Of a stretch of 64,000 nucleotides of DNA, positions 20,511 to 30,140 are shown piece after piece. The stretch's first letter is position 1, and each line of letters begins with the position of its first letter. The notes under the pieces are model-generated. The model saw only the letters and a list, made by a program, of their open reading frames with translations. It was not told the DNA's origin and ran no database searches. This stretch comes from Candidatus Bathyarchaeum tardum (GTDB lineage: Archaea > Thermoproteota > Bathyarchaeia > Bathyarchaeales > Bathyarchaeaceae). A program made the position numbers and the translations under genes. The stretch lies in the NCBI GenBank assembly GCA_024650005.2, contig CP122380.1, forward strand, positions 2,080,001 through 2,144,000, written 5' to 3'.

Positions 20511-20777
20511 TCATTTGGTCATTTTGTGGGTTAAAAATATCCCAGGTTTAGGCTTATTTTTCCAATTAAACCAAATTATAAAAATTGTGCTAAATCTCAA
20601 CAACCAGTTAAAAGTTAGGATACCCATTGGGGGCTTGTGTGCCCAGCAGGAGCACGTGCAAATTCCACCTGTGCCAACGTGCGAGATTACATGTGTTAAT
20701 TTTGTTGAACATTCAGTACAAACTACATCAGGCATATTTATTTCAAAAACTTGTGCACCACATTTAGGACATATCAT
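20511..20777 (-). CDS. small Cys-rich (Zn-finger) hypothetical protein, possibly degenerate
   Basis: CPKC...CTEC...CTCSC. Confidence 0.5.
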   Translation of the reverse strand: MICPKCGAQVFEINMPDVVCTECSTKLTHVISHVGTGGICTCSCWAHKPPMGILTFNWLLRFSTIFIIWFNWKNKPKPGIFLTHKMTK

Positions 20778-21166
20778 ATTTAAATACTCTTTTCCAATTT
20801 GCCCTTTGGTCAGCTAATTGTTTTTCATATCTTGACATTTTACTTCTCTATTTATTTTGAATTTTTAATTTAGTTTAATAGCTTATGAATGTTAAATTTT
20901 AACAGAACATAAGCTCTAATCTATGTCTATCTCAGCTAGTTTTTTGTTTTATTGTATTTCGTTTTGTGTTTTGCGAGAAGGTAGGTAGATAGGAGTAGGG
21001 GATTAGAGTTAAACAGGAAAAGAGTAGGAAAAAAAGGTTAAATTTTAATCCCAAACCCAAACATAGTAAAATATTCTAATCCAATCACCATTGTAGATTA
21101 TGATTTCGTACGCAAGTTTTGACAAACTTTTTATTCCTTTTAAAACTACTCTAAAGGCACGATTTT

Positions 21167-22165
21167 ATGTCAACTATGATTGATGTCAAAGACCTAGTAC
21201 TGGTATATTCTAATGGCACTAGAGCTGTAGATAATATTTCATTTAATGTAAAAAAGGGTGAATTCTTCGGGTTTCTGGGACCAAACGGAGCAGGAAAAAG
21301 TACTACCATCAAAGTTCTGACCACCTTACTGAAAAAAACCTCGGGTTCAGTACATGTTTCAGGTTACAACATGGACAAGGACTCTAAAGAGATACGAAAA
21401 ATGATTGGTGTTCAAAGCCAAGACACAGCTGTTGATGGAGACCTAACGGGACGAGAAAACTTAATGCTTCAAGGACACTTCCAACAGATACCCACTAAGA
21501 TCCTAAAACAAAGAGTTGATGAACTACTCAAACTGGTGGACCTAGAAAAATTTGCTGACAAACGGGCAAGAAACTACTCGGGGGGAATGAAAAAAAGACT
21601 AGACCTAGCAACAACTCTAGTTCATAGACCCCAACTACTTTTTTTGGATGAACCAACTACTGGACTAGATCCACAATCCCGTTCTGCAATATGGGAATAC
21701 CTTGAAAAATTAAACAAAGAAGACAAAACCACAATATTTTTGACAACCCAATATATGGAAGAAGCAGATCGGCTCTGCAGAACACTCGCAATAATAGATA
21801 CAGGAAAAATAGTAGCTAGCGGCTCCCCAACTGAACTCAAGCAACAATTAGGGGTAGACTCCATCAAAATTACCCTAAAAGATTATACCAAAGACAAAAC
21901 AACAGCTGTCAAAATTCTCAAGAGTTTGACTGGAGTTTCAAATATAACTGAATCAGATGAGTGTTTAACAGTCTTCGCAAAAAACGCCAGTCAACTAATT
22001 GCAGATATCGTAAGAGCGCTTGATAGCCTTGAGATAGGACTGGCTGGAATAAGCTTTTCATCACCTACTCTTGATGATGTATATCTGCAAAAGACGGGCA
22101 AAAGAATAAGAACCGAAGAGCTAGGAAAAACTCCAAGTACAACATTTATGGGGAGAAAAAGATAA
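21167..22165 (+). CDS. ABC-2/DrrA-type exporter ATP-binding protein
   Basis: GPNGAGKST, YSGGM and LFLDEPTTGLDP motifs. Confidence 0.93.
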   Translation: MSTMIDVKDLVLVYSNGTRAVDNISFNVKKGEFFGFLGPNGAGKSTTIKVLTTLLKKTSGSVHVSGYNMDKDSKEIRKMIGVQSQDTAVDGDLTGRENLMLQGHFQQIPTKILKQRVDELLKLVDLEKFADKRARNYSGGMKKRLDLATTLVHRPQLLFLDEPTTGLDPQSRSAIWEYLEKLNKEDKTTIFLTTQYMEEADRLCRTLAIIDTGKIVASGSPTELKQQLGVDSIKITLKDYTKDKTTAVKILKSLTGVSNITESDECLTVFAKNASQLIADIVRALDSLEIGLAGISFSSPTLDDVYLQKTGKRIRTEELGKTPSTTFMGRKR

Positions 22166-22168
22166 ACA

Positions 22169-22936
22169 ATGACCCTATTATCTGATACTAGATACCTTTT
22201 TGTTAGATACCTAAAAAAACTTATTAGAAATCCTATACTACTTTTTTTCTCACTGGTCCAGCCGATAATCTTCCTAGTTTTATTCACTCAACTTTTTGAA
22301 AGATTCGCAAACATTCCAGGATTTCCTGCAGAAAGCTACCTAATATTTGCAACTCCAGGGATATTACTGCAAAACGCCTTTGGCAGCGCTCTACAATCTG
22401 GAAACTCCATTGTTTTAGATATGGATACAGGATATCTTCAGAAAATGTTAGTCACACCAGTCAGTCGTTATGCAATATTGCTTGGAAGACTAACAAGTGA
22501 TGCTTTTCGAGTGTTAATTCAATCAACCATCATAATGGTTTTAGCATTTCTAATGGGTGCTGTTCCAGTTACCGGAATATTTGGCATATTACTGATGCTT
22601 TTTACAATCGCGTTTTTCGGGCTAGCATGGTCAGGAATTTCTCTTGCAATTGGATTAAAAACTCGAAGTTCAGAAACAGTATTTGCATTCGGTTCATTCC
22701 TCACTTTTCCATTACTATTCATGAGCACAGCTTTAACACCTCTTGATTTTATGCCCGACTGGATACAAACAGTCTCAAAGCTAAACCCGATAAGCTACAC
22801 TGTAGACGCAGTCAGAGTCCTAATGATCGACGGATTTGTATGGGATACAATTCTATCAGCCTATTTAGTGATTGGACTTGTTGCAGTTCTGACTCTAGGC
22901 TCAACATTATACCTATTTAGAAAAGTAGTAAACTGA
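22169..22936 (+). CDS. ABC-2 type exporter permease
   Basis: About 6 TM; MPDWIQTVSKLNPISY motif; follows the ATPase gene. Confidence 0.9.
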   Translation: MTLLSDTRYLFVRYLKKLIRNPILLFFSLVQPIIFLVLFTQLFERFANIPGFPAESYLIFATPGILLQNAFGSALQSGNSIVLDMDTGYLQKMLVTPVSRYAILLGRLTSDAFRVLIQSTIIMVLAFLMGAVPVTGIFGILLMLFTIAFFGLAWSGISLAIGLKTRSSETVFAFGSFLTFPLLFMSTALTPLDFMPDWIQTVSKLNPISYTVDAVRVLMIDGFVWDTILSAYLVIGLVAVLTLGSTLYLFRKVVN

Positions 22937-23001
22937 AAAAGTGTTTGTTTTATAAACTAAAAATTCACACAGAAGTGCACTAAAAAATTATTAGCATTAG
23001 T

Positions 23002-23679
23002 TTGTTAATATTTATATCTCACTTGAACTTTGCAATTGCTAGGCTGGACATATTGGCAACGATTGAATTTGCAACCCTGGCCATTTTATCGATAGTTGCG
23101 GTTATGAATCCTCTCAGCACTATTGCAATTTTCACAACTCTAACCAGCGATATTGGTCCTGAAAAACACAATTCTGAAAAACACCGTAAAATCGCTGCCA
23201 AAGCAATGAAAATAGCTTTTATAGTTTTGGTTTTTTTTGCTTTGACAGGCCAACTACTTTTTCAAGTGTTTAACATCGAAGTGTATGCATTCCAGATAGC
23301 AGGCGGCATTCTTCTAGTTGCACTCGCATTGAAAATGCTTTCAGAAAAAAACGGGTTATCCTCTGAGGATCGAGAAGATATTTCGATTATTCCTCTGGTG
23401 TTTCCTCTAACTGCAGGTCCAGGTAGCATAACGACAGTTATTTTGTTATTTTCGCAAGCAATAGATTTTTTTGATGCACTTTTCGTCTTCATTGGAATAA
23501 CGATTGGGATTTTGTTATCCTACTTTGGCATGAAGTATGCTTATAAGATAATCAAGGTTTTAGGCGTTGAAGGATTGCATGTTGTAACAGCACTCATGGC
23601 GATTATTGTGCTTGCAATAGCAATACAATTTATCATAGTTGGAATAGTTGATGCTATTCCTTACATACCAATCGAATAA
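23002..23679 (+). CDS. MarC family integral membrane protein
   Basis: VMNPL, FQIAGGILL and IIPLVFPLTAGPGSI motifs; true start probably ~23052. Confidence 0.9.
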   Translation: MLIFISHLNFAIARLDILATIEFATLAILSIVAVMNPLSTIAIFTTLTSDIGPEKHNSEKHRKIAAKAMKIAFIVLVFFALTGQLLFQVFNIEVYAFQIAGGILLVALALKMLSEKNGLSSEDREDISIIPLVFPLTAGPGSITTVILLFSQAIDFFDALFVFIGITIGILLSYFGMKYAYKIIKVLGVEGLHVVTALMAIIVLAIAIQFIIVGIVDAIPYIPIE

Positions 23680-23857
23680 TCCCAAGTAGATAATCAATAA
23701 TAAACAAAATCAACTGTCTTTTCTGAATCTAGATTGAATTCAGACGAAATCAAGCGCTGATTTTAGTTAATTTCACTCAAAACCAGACTGCCTGATTTCA
23801 GTAAAAGATTTAAAAAAAATCAATTCCAATCATGAAAAAAGCGTTAGTTGGTTGGGG

Positions 23858-25552
23858 TTAAATTTTAACCTTTTTCCCAATTATCGAAGAAAATACAATA
23901 ACAAAAATAATAGGCAGAATTGTCCATGAAGGAAACTCTGGAATTGTTTCGAGTTTCATAATTGGGTGGTGGTCGATGTTGTTTGGATTAATGTAAAAGG
24001 GTGTGTCTCCTATTCCTGTTCCATTGATTTCTGTGGCATTGGGATATCTTAGAGTATAACCGCTCCAATAATTACCTTTTTCACCGTCATCCCATATACA
24101 AGGTTGAGGTAGTTTGTCTTGGCCGTCCCATATTCCAAGCATAGAAACCTGAAAGCCTACCTCTTTGTTATTGTCTATGAAATAATTGTGATAAACAGAG
24201 TTGTTTGCGCCCCCTCCTGCAAGCCCGCCTTCAAATTCTATAGCCCAACCAACGTTTTCTGTAAAATTGTTTCCGACAATTTTATTATTCGGAGATGCAG
24301 TGCAATAAATTCCGTTTGCGTTTTTGTAAAAAATGTTTTCAACAATAGAATTCCCTGAAGTATGAACTAACTTAATTCCATACCCAGTATTTTCTTCTAT
24401 TGTGTTTCCAATAATATTGTGTCCAGAATTGAATTGGTCAATGTAGATGCCAACAGTATTTCTTTTAATGTTATTATCAATGAAATTCACGCCTGCAGAA
24501 CTCAAGACATAGGCGCCCAATTTGTTTTCTGTTAGTGTATTTCCAGAAAAAATGTTATGTGAAGAACTGTGAATCTTGATGCCATAGTTGTCTTCAGTGC
24601 CTGTTATTGTGTTGTTACATATCGAGTTGTTGTTCGAAGACTTGCAAAGATAGAGTTCGTAACCGTTGTTTTTAGTTATGACGTTTTCACTGATGTAATT
24701 ATTTGTGGATTCTAAGAGGTAGATGCCTTCACCGTTATTTTTTGTTATTTCATTATTTGTTATTGTTGAATTTTTGGTTGAAACCAGTATGATGCCTTTT
24801 CCATTTTGTGATAGGCTACAGTGCTGAACAGAAATATTTACGCAGTTTACAAGACCAATACAAGCTGCGTCCGATGGAACTGACCTGTTTTCCTGGTTTA
24901 CCCAATAATATATGGGTGCGCCATTGATAGTGTTTGAATCATCAATGTCATGATAGAAAATTCTGGGACTTGCTGTGCTAACATAGGCGTCATGGGCTGA
25001 ATATGTAACTTTAAAGCCATAATTATTGGAGTTCATTTGGTTGTGTCTAAGGGTATTCCCAGTTGAAGAAACAATTTCAATTCCATAGTGGTTGTTTGTT
25101 AAGTTGTTTCCCAAAAGGGTGTGGTTTCCTGAAATCCTGAAAGTAGGATCTGAAAGAAGTTGAATACCATAATAGAAGTTACTGATTTGCATGTTTTGCA
25201 CGGTTATTCCGTTTCGATTTTTAATGAAAACTCCTGTAGAGTTTCCATTACCTTGAATAACGTAACCTGCTCCATCCACTGTGACATCATCGCAATCAAC
25301 CACAATTGTGTGACCAACAATATCATCAGTTAACGAATAGACATGTCCATTTTTGGTTATTGGAACAGTAACATTATCAGTGGAACTAACGTTTCCATCA
25401 CTTTGAATAATGAAAGCGGGTTTAGGAACCGAAAAAGGCATAGGTAGAAAATTTGCAGTTGCAACCTCAATTTGTTGAATACAGATAAGGAAATAAATAG
25501 AAAACATTAATATACCAAAAATTTTCTTTCCTTTTTTCATAATCCACACCAA
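23858..25552 (-). CDS. NosD/CASH beta-helix surface protein with IPEFP anchor
   Basis: IQSDG, PIYYWVN, GNYWS...GIGDTP and IPEFPSW + TM motifs. Confidence 0.85.
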   Translation of the reverse strand: MVWIMKKGKKIFGILMFSIYFLICIQQIEVATANFLPMPFSVPKPAFIIQSDGNVSSTDNVTVPITKNGHVYSLTDDIVGHTIVVDCDDVTVDGAGYVIQGNGNSTGVFIKNRNGITVQNMQISNFYYGIQLLSDPTFRISGNHTLLGNNLTNNHYGIEIVSSTGNTLRHNQMNSNNYGFKVTYSAHDAYVSTASPRIFYHDIDDSNTINGAPIYYWVNQENRSVPSDAACIGLVNCVNISVQHCSLSQNGKGIILVSTKNSTITNNEITKNNGEGIYLLESTNNYISENVITKNNGYELYLCKSSNNNSICNNTITGTEDNYGIKIHSSSHNIFSGNTLTENKLGAYVLSSAGVNFIDNNIKRNTVGIYIDQFNSGHNIIGNTIEENTGYGIKLVHTSGNSIVENIFYKNANGIYCTASPNNKIVGNNFTENVGWAIEFEGGLAGGGANNSVYHNYFIDNNKEVGFQVSMLGIWDGQDKLPQPCIWDDGEKGNYWSGYTLRYPNATEINGTGIGDTPFYINPNNIDHHPIMKLETIPEFPSWTILPIIFVIVFSSIIGKKVKI

Positions 25553-25574
25553 TTACTAATCTATTAATAAATTA

Positions 25575-25647
25575 AAAAAGGGTTTTTGTCAAGAAACCTT
25601 GACTAAAAAGCTTTACTTGAACGATAGTTTAGTCAAGAAAATTTGAG
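25575..25647 (-). promoter_or_regulatory. twin STCAA-N6-TTGAS operators plus AAAAACCCTTTTTTA block, copy 3
   Basis: GTCAAGAAACCTTGAC (25588-25603) and GTCAAGAAAATTTGAG (25632-25647); on the minus strand followed by AAAAACCCTTTTTTAAT, as at 545 and 2233. Confidence 0.7.
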
Positions 25648-25699
25648 AAAACTAATTTTGATACCTTCAATTGAAAATTTTTTACGAATTCAAGAACGA

Positions 25700-26596
25700 T
25701 TATTTAGACTTGTGATGGCGTAAATAAACAAGTAATACAACAAGTATTGCTCCCATAGCAACTGTTAAGATGCAAACAAATTCCGTTGGTAAACTTGAAC
25801 CTGAAAAGTCAGAGTTATCAGGGTCCGTATTTTTATTGGCATCGAAGGAAATTAGCAAGTCGCCTGGAAGATTCTCGTAGTAATTGGACACAACTTGAAG
25901 GGATATTATTTCATTTTTATCATCTTCAGTGATTGTGTAGTTTACGGGATTTTTCATTGCATCATCAAGCGTTATGGTATTCACCTGAAGGTTTGTGTAA
26001 TTTGTTTCAAACCTTATAGAAAAGTAGGCAGTGGATTTGTTACTCCAAGATGAAAGGTAAGGACTTATGTTTAAATCATACAAAAAAGTGTAGCTTCCAT
26101 TTATCTGCTTAACAGGGTGTTCATAATGAATTCTAAGAGTGAAATCGTCCACAACAGGATAAAGGTTACAAGAAATCATAGGCCAGTTCCCAACTGCAGT
26201 GTAATGAGTTACGTCAGGATAGCTTTGCGTGTAATTACTCCAGTCAAGATCGGCAGAATCCATTTTTATTGATATGTTTGTTGTTCTGGGAGGTGTTGGA
26301 TAAAACATCTGAAGAGAATCCCCACTAAAAGTGAACAATGAATCATTGGCCGAAGGATGGTGAGTCTGACAATCAAAATCAATTTTAGAAACAGGATATG
26401 TTCCATCCACTTTTGCCCATAAAGTTTCGTTCATCCAACAAATTGTGTAGTTAATTTGTTCTTCAGGCATTTTGAGTACTGAAAACAGAACTGGATTTGC
26501 ATTGGACAATCTAATGATTGGAAGCGCTAAAAATATTAATATTGAGTAAACTAGAATACTGAAAAACAAATCAACTCGCTTGCACTTATTTCTCAA
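25700..26596 (-). CDS. secreted/membrane-anchored hypothetical surface protein
   Basis: Signal peptide (ANP), many N-x-S/T sequons, LPTE + TM + basic tail. Confidence 0.75.
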   Translation of the reverse strand: MRNKCKRVDLFFSILVYSILIFLALPIIRLSNANPVLFSVLKMPEEQINYTICWMNETLWAKVDGTYPVSKIDFDCQTHHPSANDSLFTFSGDSLQMFYPTPPRTTNISIKMDSADLDWSNYTQSYPDVTHYTAVGNWPMISCNLYPVVDDFTLRIHYEHPVKQINGSYTFLYDLNISPYLSSWSNKSTAYFSIRFETNYTNLQVNTITLDDAMKNPVNYTITEDDKNEIISLQVVSNYYENLPGDLLISFDANKNTDPDNSDFSGSSLPTEFVCILTVAMGAILVVLLVYLRHHKSK

Positions 26597-26730
26597 ATTC
26601 CATCATCTCCAGTTTTTATCATCCTCAAATAAACTTTTTTTGCTATTCATGTTTCTGGGCAGTCTGAATTTGAAGGAAAAAAACAGTGTAACAACATATA
26701 GATTGTTTAACTGTGATATGTTGTTGATGG

Positions 26731-26837
26731 TGGTGCGGCGGGCAGGAATCGAACCTGCGAACCCCTATGGGAAAGGATAGCTCATCAAAACGCTGATCTT
26801 GAGTCCTCCGCGTTTGACCTGGCTTCGCTACCGCCGC
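26731..26837 (-). tRNA. tRNA-Leu(CAA) with 19-nt intron (26779-26797); CCA encoded
   Basis: GCGGCGG/CCGCCGC acceptor; GAGGA-CT-CAA-G; canonical BHB (CTCA/TGAG helix); long variable arm; GTTCGATTC T-arm. Confidence 0.93.
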
Positions 26838-26929
26838 CCCATTGCACAAAAACAAACATGACTAGTTAATTTAAGCCTTACTTAACCAAATTACTGTTCG
26901 ATTGTTATTAGAGAAGCAAAATCAAATTA

Positions 26930-28117
26930 CTACCAAAAATCAGATATTGTATGGTTTAAATCAACGGACCTAGACGTTAATTCTTTCAACATGTTCCCTG
27001 CATTCTCATCTTTGAACATACTTTTTTGATTTAGCAAAGTTTCGACATCATGATTTTGAAGGAAATATTCTGTTTGAGCAGAAAATTCTGCATTTAGTTT
27101 TGCAGCATTGATTGGTACATATCTATTCTTTGGAAACAAAGCGGAATCGGTAGTTTTTACGTAATAATATGTTTCCCTATCAAAGATCCGAGCTTTATGG
27201 CTGGGGTCTACATCTGTAGATTTTCGAATTGAAATTTCTTCAGCCCTACTACCAGATGAAGATTTTGGAATAAAATACCGTTGAGGTTCTCGGTTTACAC
27301 CAATCAAATTAGCACCAGCAATAGCAGATAATGCATCTGATGCGATACTTGTGTCATCATGAGAGTTGGATAATTTTTCACGTCTAATATTTGTAAAGTA
27401 ACTAATCACTTTATCAAAAGTTTCATCTTTTTTGATAATGTTGAATATGTGTCGTAATCGTCCTAAACTTGTTTCATTGATTGGTTGGCTTTCAAAATCA
27501 AACCAATAATAATAGTACTCTTTTTTCAAATAATGTTGCATAAGTTCGTTGAGCTTTCTGATTCCCATCCTCATAGATATTGGAACAAAAATGGGTTTAC
27601 AATTTTTATTATTTAAAATCTCAAAAACTGAATCGACAAACCGTAAATATGAATCTAAATTTATTATGTCTTGGGTTTTGTTATCAAATGTTTTTTTGAG
27701 TTTGATATTTGGTACTGTTAAAATTAGTTTTGAATAGGGATAATATTGGTCAAAAAACCAACTTAAGTGATCGATGTTGTTTACATAATTAAATGGATTA
27801 AATTCAAAGGTAAAATTAACCACATTGGGAACGCCAGAGAGCCAATCCCTTTTGTAAAAAAATTGATTAATTTTTTGACTGTCATCTTCGTCATATAATT
27901 TCATCAAATTATCATATTTTTTTATTACTTTAGTGGCTTCATAAAACTTGAACGCTTCTTTCAAAGTGGAATAGGTATCTTTGTTTAGATTTTTTACATC
28001 CATACTTTTTTCAGGTTTTTGAAAATTGTTACCTCCAATTTTAAATCTCTTAATGTTAAACCAAGACTTTTTATCTTCTATAGTTTCGGTAACGTTAATA
28101 TCAGAAACCATGTTCAT
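26930..28117 (-). CDS. hypothetical protein, probable divergent tRNA-guanine-transglycosylase-like TIM barrel
   Basis: Long ORF coupled (ATGA) to the upstream PIN gene; pattern resemblance to TGT N-terminus and late barrel strands; fold call is inference. Confidence 0.5.
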   Translation of the reverse strand: MNMVSDINVTETIEDKKSWFNIKRFKIGGNNFQKPEKSMDVKNLNKDTYSTLKEAFKFYEATKVIKKYDNLMKLYDEDDSQKINQFFYKRDWLSGVPNVVNFTFEFNPFNYVNNIDHLSWFFDQYYPYSKLILTVPNIKLKKTFDNKTQDIINLDSYLRFVDSVFEILNNKNCKPIFVPISMRMGIRKLNELMQHYLKKEYYYYWFDFESQPINETSLGRLRHIFNIIKKDETFDKVISYFTNIRREKLSNSHDDTSIASDALSAIAGANLIGVNREPQRYFIPKSSSGSRAEEISIRKSTDVDPSHKARIFDRETYYYVKTTDSALFPKNRYVPINAAKLNAEFSAQTEYFLQNHDVETLLNQKSMFKDENAGNMLKELTSRSVDLNHTISDFW

Positions 28118-28662
28118 CTGCTCTTTATTTTAGACAAAACTGCACTTATAATTTCTGGTGATACTCGAAACTTCGATTCACTAATCAACATCAAAATTAA
28201 TGAAGCTTCGGTTTTTTTTAGAATATCATATTCATAGCAACATTTTCCAACAAAACCAACTGTGCCAATCATTAAAGTCACTAAATAAGGCAAATTTCGT
28301 TTCACGAAAAGTCGTGGACCTTTATCATCAATAATGAAGGGTTTAGGAATCCCATCAATGTAAAAATCATAGGCAAGTTCTATTATCTCTGTTTCTCCTT
28401 TTTCAATTTCTTTTTTACTGAAAAATGGTCTTAAAATTTCACCCAAATTCTTTTTTGGAAACTTGATGAGATTAGGGCTTGACTTAATATGAACAAAATT
28501 ATTAGACTTGGATACTTCACCAAATACTATAGGCGTTATAATAAAATCAAAACTGCCAAGTATCTTTAACAAAACTTTTGGTTTTTCAATGTCTTCTAAA
28601 AAACATAGATAAAAACTGCTATCAGCTAGAAACTGATTTGGGTCATTCTGTACCAAATTCAA
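28114..28662 (-). CDS. PIN-domain protein (DUF3368-like putative ribonuclease)
   Basis: FLADSS, ITPIVFGEV, GETEIIELA, IIDDKGPR and IGTVG acidic-residue pattern of the PIN fold. Confidence 0.75.
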   Translation of the reverse strand: MNLVQNDPNQFLADSSFYLCFLEDIEKPKVLLKILGSFDFIITPIVFGEVSKSNNFVHIKSSPNLIKFPKKNLGEILRPFFSKKEIEKGETEIIELAYDFYIDGIPKPFIIDDKGPRLFVKRNLPYLVTLMIGTVGFVGKCCYEYDILKKTEASLILMLISESKFRVSPEIISAVLSKIKSR

Positions 28663-29194
28663 TCAATTCCTGATATCGGTCAGCAGTGATTAATCCTTTT
28701 TTTAGCAAGTTTCCAGCTAGCTGCTTTCTTTTATCATTGTCTTTAACTAGTCGATCATATGCACTGGAAAATTCAATAAAATCAGGGTATGTTATGTACA
28801 TTAAAAATAATAGTTCTTGCTTTGTTAATTTTTCATAAATATCTCTGATGAGTTTTAATGATTGAAGAAATTGCTGAAATTTTTCATCCTTAGAATACTT
28901 GGTTTTAATCGCGTGAAATGCTTGTTTACCTTCTTCAGTAAGGTAGATTTCTCCATTCGCCTTTATTTCAAAAGCATTTTCATAATACATTGGGTCTCTA
29001 ACAGAATCTTGTAACACTTGAGAGTATGGCCCTTCATAATGCTTGACAAAATGGAATAACTCCTGTGCTTTTGGGTTCATTTTTGTAAAAATAAAGAACT
29101 CTTTTTGTAAATGCCATCTAGTGGGGACTGATTTATCAGATATCCCAAGTAAGGAAACGACAAACTCTTCCACTATTTTAAGCATTAATTTCAA
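28643..29194 (-). CDS. SocA/Panacea(DUF4065)/YwgA-like winged-helix protein
   Basis: HLQKEFF, YEGPYS, IYLTEEG and LLFLMYITYP motifs. Confidence 0.6.
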   Translation of the reverse strand: MKLMLKIVEEFVVSLLGISDKSVPTRWHLQKEFFIFTKMNPKAQELFHFVKHYEGPYSQVLQDSVRDPMYYENAFEIKANGEIYLTEEGKQAFHAIKTKYSKDEKFQQFLQSLKLIRDIYEKLTKQELLFLMYITYPDFIEFSSAYDRLVKDNDKRKQLAGNLLKKGLITADRYQELIEFGTE

Positions 29195-29333
29195 CCCAAC
29201 AATAAGTAACCCAGAGGACTTTATTGATGTTGCAGTTCATAGGTGCAATACTTCATTATAAGTCGCACATGGTATCTAAAGTTGCTTACCTGTAGTTTTT
29301 TCAACGTTTAATACTGATTTAAAGTTAACCAGC

Positions 29334-30008
29334 TTATTCGATTACTGTTCCGATGTGTCGCCCCTGAACTGCATATACAACGTAGCCAGGGTCGTGACCG
29401 TTTACTACGATAGTTTTGAGTTTGATTCTGCCTAGAATCTTTACTGCTTCGGGGTCAATGACCTGATTAATTCCGGGTTGGTGTTCTTTGGCTTCAAGCA
29501 GGTTTCCTAGTTCTTCAAAACTAATTTTGTCGAGGCGTTTTGCGTCAGGATACTTGTTGGGGTCTTTGGTGTAGATTGCACTCACGTTTGAACATTTTAC
29601 CAAGATATCTGCTTTTATGCGCTCGCCAACCAATGCTGCAACAGCATCGGTTGTGATTCCAGGATGCAAACCCCCCATTACAACAATTTTGCCTGTGTTT
29701 ACGCATTCTTCTGCTTCATCCAAGGTGGTAGGAACTTTTCCACAGCCGTCATCTGCTAACCCTAAGGTGAAGAGTTGAGCAAAAAGGCGGGAAACATGAA
29801 TTGCTGCCCAGTCTTGCTGGTCGTTTTCTAGGTGCACATATTTTGCTACTTTTATGAATTCTCGAGCTAATTTGCCGCCGCCTACAACTGCGACCACTTG
29901 GTGTCCTTGATTTTTGAAATCCCGTAATACAGTTAGGTAACAGTTTATCATAGAGGGATCAAGAGGGGAAACCACAACTGAGCCGCCAATTCGAACAATA
30001 ATTTTCAT
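29334..30008 (-). CDS. pyrH: uridylate kinase
   Basis: IVRIGGSV, VVGGGKLAR, PGITTDAVAA and IYTKDP motifs. Confidence 0.95.
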   Translation of the reverse strand: MKIIVRIGGSVVVSPLDPSMINCYLTVLRDFKNQGHQVVAVVGGGKLAREFIKVAKYVHLENDQQDWAAIHVSRLFAQLFTLGLADDGCGKVPTTLDEAEECVNTGKIVVMGGLHPGITTDAVAALVGERIKADILVKCSNVSAIYTKDPNKYPDAKRLDKISFEELGNLLEAKEHQPGINQVIDPEAVKILGRIKLKTIVVNGHDPGYVVYAVQGRHIGTVIE

Positions 30009-30140
30009 TTAGTAAACCTCGTCCAATTACTGAATAACGTAACCGAGATATAATTTTCCCTAATTCCCATATTCAAATCCTTATAACTATATAACGCAAT
30101 AATGTAACGACAATAACAACGTAGTTCAAAATGACTTCTG

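Noticed and set aside
26731-26760. att-site duplication of the tRNA-Leu (or tRNA-Ala) 3' end
   Set aside because: No second copy seen by eye in the window and no integrase gene
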